This document shows, one piece after another, positions 37,801-49,800 of a stretch of DNA of 64,000 bases. Position numbers and translations under genes: made by a program. Position 1 is the first letter of the stretch, and each line of letters opens with the position of its first letter. A model generated the notes under the pieces. The model did not search any database and had not been told where the DNA came from. It saw only the letters and a list, made by a program, of their open reading frames with translations. The stretch comes from Phoronis australis (taxonomy: Eukaryota; Animalia; Phoronida), in assembly GCA_002633005.1 (NCBI GenBank), contig NMRA01000128.1, positions 731,482 to 795,481 on the forward strand, in the 5' to 3' direction.

Positions 37801-40800
37801 TGTTAACTGGAGCTGTTAACTGCTATTCAGGACTGGAGTTAAGCGTTCATACTGACCGCAACTCCACACACCATCGACGCATCGATGTTAGTATGAAAGG
37901 CCCTTAACGCAGCAAGTTTATTCATTGCTGGCTTCTCAAAACATTTGCACTCACAAATTCTCCAAAGGTATTACAAATTGTATCGAATGAGATGGACTTT
38001 GTTTCAGTTTTATATAAGCATTGGTTAGGGTGAGAAAGCTTCATTTCAACACAGAATAATAAACGTCAACATGGCAACTCGCAATCCCAACTTAGTCGAG
38101 AGCTCATCCGACGAAGACTTCATGGGTCGGATTGTTAGGTTTCACAGGCTATCAGTTCAAACCAGAATACACTGATCAAGAAATACTGAAGAGGCGCCGT
38201 GAACATGCACAGGCAAAGGAACATATGGATAGTTCTTTGATAAGCCGGAATTCGTCAGAGAAATCGCTGTTGACGAAATGTCGGCCACAGACACGGAGAT
38301 GTTTCACGGCCTCATACTTGCTATTAACAGCGTACTTTTCATTCTTCACTACCGCGAGCCACTTCCTAAGCAATTTGGGTTCTCGAAGAAGTCGAAAAAT
38401 CGATATACCCGCTTTCCTCGCAGCTCCATAGTTCGGGCAAGCGGGAACAATACATCGCAACATAGCAGCATTCACTCTGCAGATGAACCACTAACGTCGC
38501 TGCGTCGTTTTCTCACCTTCCTTACAGGTTAACGCAACACCTCTCGGCAAGGTTAGGTTGACCCTGTGCAAGGCGATGTGGATATAGACCGATTAAGACG
38601 GTAAAAAAGACTAATTAAATCGAGTGGCATTCTCCTTTAATATGCAGGTTTCTCAGTTAAGCATATGAATGGGGCTAGTGTCTCAATAGATCTAGTGTCT
38701 GGAACACCCCCAAGGAATTAGCATGATATCAACTTCCAGTGTCAGGAATCTGAATTGCGTCTATCAGTTTTTCGTGCCAACTGGTATGCAGTTATTGAAT
38801 AGGCCTTTTGAGGCTCTNACGTAAAGAGTGCAGTTAACTGGACCATTCATACTGGCTTCGGTAGTTAATGAACATCGAAGTAAACAGTAGCTGTCATCAT
38901 CAAAGTTATCGCAAGGTAGTGCTGCACGCTAAGATTTTTTGCAATGTTACAATTTGGAAACATTTACATGTGCTAAATGACATTAAACTTATTTTTAAAT
39001 CGATTGGTAATTATTAAGCCAAAATATAAGCAGCTATTAGTGATGGCCCTACCCTGTAACTGTTGACGATAACAGTGGCACCTGGCGATAACTTTGATTG
39101 GACCAAAGTTAAGCGTTCATACTGCACCGCAGCGTCGACGCTGCGCTATTAAATCCACCTGTTAACTGCGGTGTTAACTGGAGCTGTTAACTGCGATCCA
39201 GGACCGGAGTTAAGCATTCATACTGACCGCAACTCCCCACACCATCGACGCATCGACGTTAGTATGAAAGACCCTTAACGCAGCAAGTTTATTCATTGCT
39301 GGCTTCTCAAAACATTTGCACTCACAAATTCTCCAAAGGTATTACAAATTGTATCGAATGAGATGGACTTTGTTTCAGTTTTATATAAGCATTGGTTAGG
39401 GTGAGAAAGATTCATTTTAACGCAGAATAATAAACGTCAACATGGCAACTCGCAATCCCAACTTAGTCGAGAGCTCATCCGACGAAGACTTCATGGGTCG
39501 GATTGTTAGGTTTCACAGGCTATCAGTTCAAACCAGAATACACTGATCAAGAAATACTAAAGAGGCGCCGTGAACATGCACAGGCAAAGGAACATATGGA
39601 TAGTTCTTTGATAAGCCGGAATTCGTCAGAGAAATCGTTATTGACGAAATGTCGGCCACAGACACGGAGATGTTTCACGGCCTCATACTTGCTATTTACA
39701 GCGTACTTTTCATTCTTCACTACCGCGAGCCACTTCCTAAGCAATTTGGGTTCTCGAAGAAGTCGAAAAATCGATATACCCGCTTTCCTCGCAGCTCCAT
39801 AGTTCGGGCAAGCGGGAACAATACATCGCAACATAGCAGCATTCACTCTGCAGATGAACCACTAACGTCGCTGCGTCGTTTTCTCACCTTCCTTACAGGT
39901 TAACGCAACACCTCTCGGCAAGGTTAGGTTGACCCTGTGCAAGGCGATGTGGATATAGACCGATTAAGACGGTAAAAAAGACTAATTAAATCGAGTGGCA
40001 TTCTCCTTTAATATGCAGGTTTCTCAGTTAAGCATATGAATGGGGCTAGTGTCTCAATAGATCTAGTGTCTGGAACACCCCCAAGGAATTAGCATGATAT
40101 CAACTTCCAGTGTCAGGAATCTGAATTGCGTCTATCAGTTTTTCGTGCCAACTGGTATGCAGTTATTGAATAGGCCTTTTGAGGCTCTCGTGCTTGTCAA
40201 AACTTCTTCTAAGGATTCTGTGTAATTTGGTCCTTGTCAAATTCTTTGCAAATGGACTTGAGGGTATTTCGTCTATTTTTATGCTGATTTGTGTACAAGG
40301 TTCTGAAACAGATTCGTAAACCCAGCTCACAAGTTGCTAAAACTTTAGCCTTTTCACCAGCACTTTCACTAATAGCATTGTAATGTGGACAGTTAAAAGT
40401 GTCATTTTTGCTGGCACTTATGTATCCAGACCACTTACTTCAAAGGATGCATGTTGTTGCGACACATGCACAGGCTAAGAGGTCTTTCATTATTATGCAT
40501 TAATCAATTTATGGCAGAGAGCAAACGTGTTCTGACATCAGTTTCCGCTTTAAATTGACTTGAGCGGTGAGCAAACGGAACTAGTTGCTGATGAAAATGA
40601 CCCTTTTGCAGTCAGCTGATCAGATTAAAATGCTAGGTTTCCGCTAGCCGTTTAGCCGATGAAACTGTTAGCATTTCCACCACTCGTGTGATCCCAGTAT
40701 AAGTCACAGTGACCAATAGGACTGTCGGATAATTTCTCCGTTTGTCAGCTTCACATTTACATTCTTACTGGTAAACTTGAAAAATCTAAGAGATGCTGCT

Positions 40801-43800
40801 CTGTTGTGTGATTTATCGGTAGATGTATGGTGCCTAGTAGCAACCATTGTTGTGTCCACCTCCCCATTTCCCATTCCTGAATCTGATAAACCTATAAGTT
40901 TTTGGAACCTTGGAACCTCAGGAGACCAATAGAAATCTATTTTACAGGAGCTTGTGTTACATCTTTGGTCATATACCTTACTCCCTGTGTGAATTGGAAT
41001 TAATTTTAATTGATTAGAATTGATAGGTTATGCACGTCATGGTCTTCCTGCCAAGTTGTTTTTGACCAGTTTCTGGATTTAACTACTGTGAGCAAGTTGC
41101 TCAATTTTATGTACAGAATTATTACTGATTTCTTAAAGGTGTCAAGATTTACTTACCGGTAAATCATTGAGAAAATAGATTTAATGCAAGATTCTGCACT
41201 GGTACATGCGAAGTAATAAAGGGACATCTGAATTTGTGGAAATACTGCAAAATTGCCTTTCTCTTAAATCAAATGTAAATAATTTATGGCAAGAAATAGT
41301 GTCCAACCTTGAAAAGACTGTGGTGAATTAACATGCGTCAGCATTTGAAGCAAGCACATACTCAGTGTTTGATACATGAATTCTGATTTGTATTTACAAA
41401 ATGGGATTGTGAATATACTCCCACATTGGCAGATAGGATTATGCTTTCCCTAGATTACCACATCAATAATTTTCAAGGTGGACTCTCACCAACTAGCTTT
41501 ACTATCACATGAACTTGTTAGTATCTTCCTGATGTGCAGCAAATCAGCTATAAAGGTCGCCACAGTCTTAAGCATTTTTTACTCGAGGAACGATTGCCAC
41601 AGCACACATTGTCACGATACAAGTTGCTCCACTTCATTCGCATTTACATGACATTGCAAGCATGATTTGCACAGAAGTCAATTATACAGAGACAGCCTAT
41701 GTATGTTTGTATCAAGAATGAGGAATGTGATCACCCAGATACGCTATTGTGCAAGGCAACTGCAATAAAAGATGACACCTTAAGTCTTGCCCCATTTCAG
41801 GTTTAGACGTGTAATTGACACTGGGGCAATTTATTGAGTGTAACTTGCTCTACCTCTACCTCTCAAACCGGCTTCAGCTAAATAATTCACCAGCTAAATA
41901 ATTTACTCAACATATTTTTATACCCACGTCCCAAAATCTGAGCATGCACGTATTCAATCGCAATAGGTTTCATTCATTCGACCATTTATCTTATCATTCA
42001 TACTTCATTTGTGATCATATGTGATAGGAGCTGAATTGGGGGAAAACAAGTATCAAGCTCATAACTTTTTCATTTATTTAAGCCGGAAAGTAGTTCAGCT
42101 GCTCTTGTGTATTAGTTTTGNNNNNNNNNNNNNNNNNNNNNNNNNNNNNNNNNNNNNNNNNNNNNNNNNNNNNNNNNNNNNNNNNNNNNNNNNNNNNNNN
42201 NNNNNNNNNNNNNNNNNNNNNNNNNNNNNNNNNNNNNNNNNNNNNNNNNNNNNNNNNNNNNNNNNNNNNNNNNNNNNNNNNNNNNNNNNNNNNNNNNNNN
42301 NNNNNNNNNNNNNNNNNNNNNNNNNNNNNNNNNNNNNNNNNNNNNNNNNNNNNNNNNNNNNNNNNNNNNNNNNNNNNNNNNNNNNNNNNNNNNNNNNNNN
42401 NNNNNNNNNNNNNNNNNNNNNNNNNNNNNNNNNNNNNNNNNNNNNNNNNNNNNNNNNNNNNNNNNNNNNNNNNNNNNNNNTAAAGTTGTGTCTTGCAAAG
42501 AAGAAGATACCAAGAGCAAATTATGATGGGCTTTTAATTATTCCACCAAAAATTGTTTAAAGGAATTAAAATTGTGTTACCAAAGCAGTGATCATTATGA
42601 AGGTACAAGATATGGAAAATTACTGACTCTGAAATATGCGTTTATAAGTTCGTAATATGTTCAAATTCTTTAACAATGTTTCTTGCATTATCTCTTTGTT
42701 AGACTTGTGTCACAAGTTTGCAAGTGTTGATTGACTTGAACAGATAAACTTGGTATATTACTCCTGTAAATTTTGACAACTTCGTGCTACTTTTCAGCAC
42801 ATTCATTTGCCACTTTGACTTAACCTCCTTAGTTTCATACTACAAGACAAAATTATTTGTACCATTTTTCCAGATTGCCTGTAACCTGTTCAGGACACTG
42901 CCCCCTAGTGACAACCCTAATTACGACCCCGAAGAGGATGACCCAACGTTGGAAGCTTCATGGCCACATCTACAGGTGGATTGTTTTATGCTAGATAAAG
43001 TTTAAAGAGTAAAGTAGGGGTAGAGTGTAGGCTTAACTTGTTAAATAAGTAAACATTTCCTTGGAATCTTGACACGGAAGAAAGTTCATAATCAGTTACA
43101 AATCACCAACAAGGTCTTTTTTATCTCATTGCCAGTGTTTTTGTTGACAACAGAGGGAATGTTTGCAAAAATATCGTTATCGATTTTTATCTATTACATG
43201 GCTGCACTGATGTTAATTTGATATCTGTTGGCTTATACGTTATTAAAAGCAAATTTATTTGGTAAATAGGTGTTTATCTCTTGCTTGTATTTTCGATTAC
43301 CTCACAATAGCATTGGGTTTTGTGGACTGTTTTAATGGATGTTTCCATGCTATTATTATTGTTGTTATACTTTGCAGATTGTGTATGAATTCTTCTTGAG
43401 ATTTTTGGAATCTTCCAACTTTCAACCTAGCCTTGCCAAGCAACACATTGACCAGCGGTTCGTTCTGCAGGTAAACTTAAGTTTTCATGGTATTAATACA
43501 GGTGTAATCAGAGGAGCATGTACAACAAGTTGAGCAGGCTATAGAGATAACGATGTATTGTCAAGTGGAGCGTCCGCACTAACTGGCTTTTACACTTGGA
43601 GATGATGGTGGTTCTCAATTTGTGCAGTGAAAAACTAAAATATTTATTTTCTATTTTTGGTTTATTTATTGTTTTACAACATTTAGTCATGTGGCTGTAG
43701 TAATTTTTCCCCAGTTGAAATAGCTTGGGGTCCGAAACTTATGTTTTTACCCTTACATTCAAAGCAATGCATTTTTTGTTGTGAAAAAGGTTTTTAGCTC

Positions 43801-46800
43801 ATTTTTGTTTTGCACTCTGTGACATTGATCTAAGCTTCACTAATGGGTGATTGCATGTTCGTCCCTTGTGCTGGTGTTTGTATTCAACTTAGTGTTTTGT
43901 TTCTTTTTATTGATTCTTGGCACTTGTCAGGTAATAACTGATTTGAAATCCAAGTCTTACAAAAATGTTTTGAAAAGGATAACCCGCCTTTCTCTCATAA
44001 GCTTTTCTCTAAACACTTTGGGCCTTAATGGTGCTTAACCAGAATCTGAAAGCATAGTTGTAAATAGTTGAAAATACATTTTGCCTTGTGTAGCTGACTA
44101 TGAAACAAAAATAAATTGAACGAAATCTGTTACTCTCATCAAATCGCCATGTAATATTCCTTACCGTGGTAAGATTCTATTTTTGTGACCAAGTCAAGTC
44201 GCAGGCAATGCTTACATGCACCATATTCGAATTGGCAATTTAAGGGTTAGCCAACTTCATAAAGTCTCAAGCATTTTCTTTAAGTATGTTGGTTACGTAA
44301 ATAATAGCTAAAAGGCGTAATTCGATTTTTTATTTTTAGCCAGCTTTATGTTACATAGTAAAATGCAGCTTTAAAAGTTAGTGTTGAGCACTGTTAAGGT
44401 GGTGTCATTATTACCTTCTCGTGTCATATTTCGCTTTTTGGTGTCGAAGGCTTTAGTTTTATTTTGGAATCTCAAAAATATTGAGTTGTGAAATAAGGCA
44501 AAGTTATCATTTCTCGTTTTCTATGGTTATACTCTGGTCAGAATGGAGGTCATGGTTGTGCTTTTTGGCTTAAATCACTTCATTCCCAGTTGACTTTATT
44601 TTGAAGTTGGCCATTTTTTACCTGCTGAATCCATGCTCTATATAACTTGAAATAGAATGGTAATTTCTTGGCCTCTTAAAAAAGGACAGTCTCTGTTTCT
44701 TTTCCAGCTATTACAGTTATTTGATAGTGAAGACCCAAGAGAACGCGATTTCCTCAAAACAGTTCTTCATAGGATTTATGGAAAGTTTCTTGGAATGAGA
44801 GCATATATCAGGAAGCAAATCAATAATTTATTTCTGAGGTGAGTGAACCATCTAGCAGCATGTCTCCCTTGTTGTGAACTACACATCACTACATGTTCAT
44901 GTCCTTGTCATTTAGCTTGAAGATATAGTTTGGTCTGCCTCTAGCTGTGTCGTCTTTCTAGAGAATAATGCGTGTGCTTTTATTGCATGTGTGTAAGAAA
45001 GTCTTCCTTCAGATCCATGATTGTGAAAATGTTATACATTATTAGGCTTGTCTGGTCACTGTCTTGTTGTATTTTTAGGTTTATATATGAAACGGAATCT
45101 TTTAATGGAGTTGGAGAACTTCTGGAAATATTGGGAAGGTGGGTATTTGTGTTTTACTTTATTCCTGAAGTGAATTTTGACATGTTCGTTTTCAAGCTTC
45201 GCCGACTTCAACGTTGAATGAGTGCCTGTAAAGTGATTTTATTATGCGCCCACATATTTATATGTGGACGCATTATGCCGTCATCTCTGTCCGTCCGTCC
45301 GGGCAGCGTCCGGCGTCTGGCGTCCGCTGCTGTATCTCCAAAACCCTTTGACATACGTTCATGAAATTTGGCACATATGTTCCATTCATGAATGGGACGG
45401 CATGTGCGAACTTTCGGACGGATCGGACTATCGGTGTGCCCCCTAGTGGCAATTTTAGTTTTTTACGCTTACCTTTGTATCTTCAAAAGTCTTGAACGGA
45501 TTTTCATGAAATTTGGTATGCAGGCACCTATTAGTGAGATGATGCTATCCTGCCATTTTCAGATGGATTCGACATAGTTTGCGCCACCTAGTGGCCATTT
45601 TTAGTGTTTTCGAGTCTGTTTTTGTGCGTCCACCCCTCTATCAACCAAACCGCTCAAAGGATGATTGTGAAAATTGGCATGTATATGCTTACTATGTAGA
45701 GGACGGTTGACGATGATTTTCCGTCGATTTCGACTACTGTGGCGCCTCCTAGTGGCAGTTTTGTTTTTTTGCGCCTATGGCTGTATCTCCTAAACCGTTC
45801 GCAGGATCTTTACAAATTGTGTAAGTATATTTATATGATGTTAACAACGGAAGATGACGACTTTTGGTCGGATCCGACTACCGGTGTGCCCCCTAGTGGC
45901 AATTTTAGTTTTTTACGCTTACCTTTGTATCTTCAAAAGTATTGAACGGATTTTCATGAAATTTGGTATGTAGGCACCTATTAGTGAGATGACGCTATCC
46001 TACTGTTTTCAGATGGATTCGACGTAGTTTGCGCCACCTAGTGGCCATTTTTACTGTTTTCGAGTCTGTATTTTTGCGTCCACCCCTCTATCAACCAAAC
46101 CGCTCAAAGGATGATTGTGAAAATTGGCGTGTATGTGCTTACTATAAGGAAGACAGCTGACAATGATTTTCAGACGATTTGGACTACTGTGGCGCCTCCT
46201 AGTGGCAGTTTTGTTTTTTTGCGCCCATGGCTGTATCTCCCAAACCGTTTGCAGGATCTTTACTAAATTTAGCAAGTGTATTTATGTGATGTTGACAACG
46301 GACGATGACGACTTTAGGATGATTCTGATTACCGGTATGCCTCTAGTGGCAATTTTAGTATTTGCCTCTAGTGGCAATTTTAGTATTTTACATTGACCTC
46401 TGTATTTTCATAGGTCTTCAGGTGTATACTTTGTGTTACTTCGTGACTGTGAAGGAAAAGTTCCAAGTAGAAATTTGTTTCTGGCATTCTAATGCTGTGC
46501 TAATCTCGTATGTTGGTAAATTTGTTTTTAATTCTATGTTTCTGTGGTGCTTTAAGCAACTGGTGTATAGGATGTGCTTGTATTATGAAGATTACTCACA
46601 TTTTGCCCCTAGCCTATTGAGGAGACAATGACCATGCCTTTTCATTTTGCTAAGTACAACATACTACATATATGCCCTTTACTGGCCACTTTATGGTACC
46701 AATAAACAACCCTAGAAGGATACCGTATGCGGTGCAATTGTGGGCGCATTTCAACGCTCTGCGTTGCTCTTGTTTTTACTCTAGTATCCTGTCTAGTATG

Positions 46801-49800
46801 GAGAATGTTCAGCCATTATTTGTGTTATTTTTGCAGTATAATTAATGGTTTTGCACTCCCTTTGAAGAATGAACACAAGGACTTCTTAGTGCGAGTATTG
46901 ATGCCTCTGCACAAGGCTAAGACATTGAGTGTTTACCATGCACAGGTAATTGCTTGGAAACTGTTTACTAACCACTTGTGTATTCTGTTCATAAAACTAC
47001 TATAAGCCAATGTTCCAACTAAGAAACAAGCTTTTAAAGAACACTTGCCATGATTATAGATTGAACTGGTCTTAACTTGTTCCGTACTCACATGTCATTG
47101 AGATGTTTCTGTCCTTGGAGAGAGAATTGCCGGCTTGTTGTTTCTTGTGACCATGCTCAGCCCTGAAATGACCTGCACTGTGTCAAAGTAAGAAGAAAGA
47201 ATGCCAGTGCAGAGGTGACTCCTAATATGAGTAAACAACTAGCTAAGACTAAATTTGTTACTGTAAATGGTCTTAATGAGAACGTGTATTTATAGCAGCT
47301 TTAGATGTTGACCAAGCCCAGCTACGTCCAGTACAATGTTACCCATAATGACAGAGAACGACATTTTTAGGCATCATGAAGGGAGTGGGAGATCCGGAGA
47401 TCGATTGAACACTAGGGGCGCTGACGCATTGGGTCGTTCAGAACGCCATATTGGAAAATCAGTATGCTTCAGACAAACGAGAGACTGTTCTTTGAGTGTG
47501 GCTGATTTACTGTGTAAATTTCATCATATTTGACCATGCGTGACAAGAGTTACTTCCCTTTGCTTTCTGTACAAATTTTGTCCCGTGTATTTTAAACGGG
47601 CGGTAGGCCAAATCTGGTCACCGATTAAGAGTTTTCACTTCATCAATAATACTTTCCACACTTCACTTAAAAAAGCACTTATTAGCTCTTCAGTGGTGCT
47701 TTCTACTTCTGTACATTTCTTCGATGAAGCTTAGTTACGAGAGTTAAGGTGTCTTTGGTTAAGAATTTCAATTCCACTTTTTTGGTCACCGTTAACTTTT
47801 TCACCTTGCCGCGATAACCTCAAAGTATTTCAGTTGAGCCACGTGAGTTAGGCAAGGGCAAGCGCGGAACTGAGCGAAGCGTGTGACGCTGGCGCTTGAC
47901 ACTTGCAAAATAGCATTGGAAGGTATCAGGTGAAATTTGTAACAGATTTGCGTCCCTACGACTTTTTATTCATCAATGTGTGTGATTTCACGTTATTTCC
48001 TCAAAATGGCACTCGCCGACCACAACAGATTTTCAACGATTTGCTCAAATTCTTGACTGAATTGTCTCCAGACTTATGGCATGTGTTAATTATAACTCCA
48101 TATGCATATATGCATGTTTCATGTGATTTTATTTCCTGTGTTTTGAAATTGAAATTCGTAACTTTTTGTGGGGATGTACTATCGCCCCTGCATGCCTGCG
48201 GCATCCAGAGATGGTAATTGTCACAAGTGTCATGGTTACATTCAGTAATAATTCACCGTTTTCAAACATTGGCTGTTTTGCACTAATAAACAGAATGATT
48301 GTTCTTGTTTTGACTACTTACTGATTTCTGTTTTTTCTTTCAGCTGGCTTACTGTGTAGTGCAATTTATAGAAAAAGACGCTGTATTGACAGAACAGGTG
48401 GTGAAGAGTTTGTTGAAGTACTGGCCAAAGACGTGCAGTCAAAAGGAGGTATGAGCCAAGTCATGTACTTGGAACAACCATGGTTACTCTGGCTAATATT
48501 ATTGGTGTTATTGTTATGCACCTACAGGGTGCATTATGCCCTCATCAGCTGCCATCTTCTCCTGAATCTCTAAAACTCCTTGATGGAAGTTCATGAAACT
48601 TTATAGGCATGCTTATGTCATAGATGGGATGGCGTGAGCGAATTTTCAGATGAATCCAAGTATTGGTGTGCCCACTAGTGTCAAATTTATTGTTTACGTT
48701 TGCCTCTGTATCTTTGGAGTTCCTTGACAGTGAAGGGATCCAGTCAGTCCAGCGATCAGTTTCTTGCATCTTGCTGCATTTACTTCCATTGAGCAAAGGT
48801 AATGAATATCTTGAGATTGAAGATAGCCTGTGTTCAATAGTTGGTCAGTGATTAACTTTGCTCATGATCGCAGGTACCAGGTGTGAGAAATTAGTTGTTG
48901 TGACTGTCACATGGCTTACTTATGGATGTTGATGAGTTCTACTACTGTGTTATTGTCATTTAGCAATAATACTGGCGATCTTTCAGGTAATGTTCCTTGG
49001 CGAAGTGGAAGAAATTTTGGATGTGATTGAACCAACTCAGTTCCAGAAAATAATGGAACCTCTATTCCAACAAATAGCCAAGTCAGTCAGCAGCAATCAT
49101 TTCCAGGTAAGATGACTTGAAGTGTGTTCATTGTTCATAATGAATTGTGTAGAGAAATGCTTGGAACAGACACTTGCTTTGGAAGCTCATCAAACAGTAA
49201 GCAAGGTAATGTACAAAGTTATCAGAAAGAAGGAGGTAATAAGAAGCACATGGTGTAACATTGAATATGGATGACACGGCAAGAACTTGTTCTAGAATGT
49301 TTTTTGCTCCTGAAATAACATCAGTGGAACTGTTAGTTTAAGGCTTGTTGTCCTTGAGTTTCAGTTGCTTTTTTGTAGTGGCTCGACATGCTTAAACTGT
49401 GCTTGTAGTAAACATTCTTCAATTTGGCACACAATATGGCAGACTGGTGAAATTTAATTTCATCAAATTTCTCAACAAAAGTGCCTTTTCAGGAAAGTTT
49501 GCTTTTAGTATAGTTTGCATAATGTAGCTATTAGCAAATGACATTTCAATTTTTGGTAGAGTTTTAAGGAATTGCAAGAATGTGGTAAGTCTCTGAAAAA
49601 TAGATATACGGTTGTTTTAGCTATTATTTTTGTTCCAAATTGAAGTTTTTACGAGTAGTCCTTGCGACTTGTATGACCTTCAAAGATAAAAACTTCTTGA
49701 CCCCCTGTAGGTTGCTGAGCGTGCGCTGTATTTTTGGAACAATGAGTACATCATAACCTTGATAGAGGACAACTCCAGGGTGATTCTGCCAATAATGTTC

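Larger units (their letters stand above)
36475..38636. mobile_element. Kolobok-superfamily element with nested MITE; THAP and KolX-like coding remnants
   Basis: TTAA|AGGAGAATGCCAC ... GTGGCATTCTCCT|TTAA, a perfect 13-bp TIR with TTAA TSD and AG..CT ends. The right end is repeated at 40007 within the duplication. Confidence 0.85.
37448..40188. repeat. Tandem duplication of 1370 bp (37448-38817 / 38819-40188), probably an assembly artefact
   Basis: Near-identical copies joined by a single 'n' at 38818; breakpoints do not respect element boundaries. Confidence 0.85.

Noticed and set aside
38176-39846. Two tandem host THAP genes or a genuine terminal direct repeat pair
   Set aside because: Both lie inside a Kolobok element, and the second copy is part of a duplication joined at a single N whose breakpoints ignore element ends.
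42021-42560. Long ORFs spanning 42121-42480
   Set aside because: Artefacts of the N gap.
13827-42873. PPP2R5 introns 1 and 2 nearly identical in length (14429 versus 14421 bp)
   Set aside because: Coincidence: intron 2 includes an estimated gap and a probable artefactual duplication, and the introns share only dispersed repeats.
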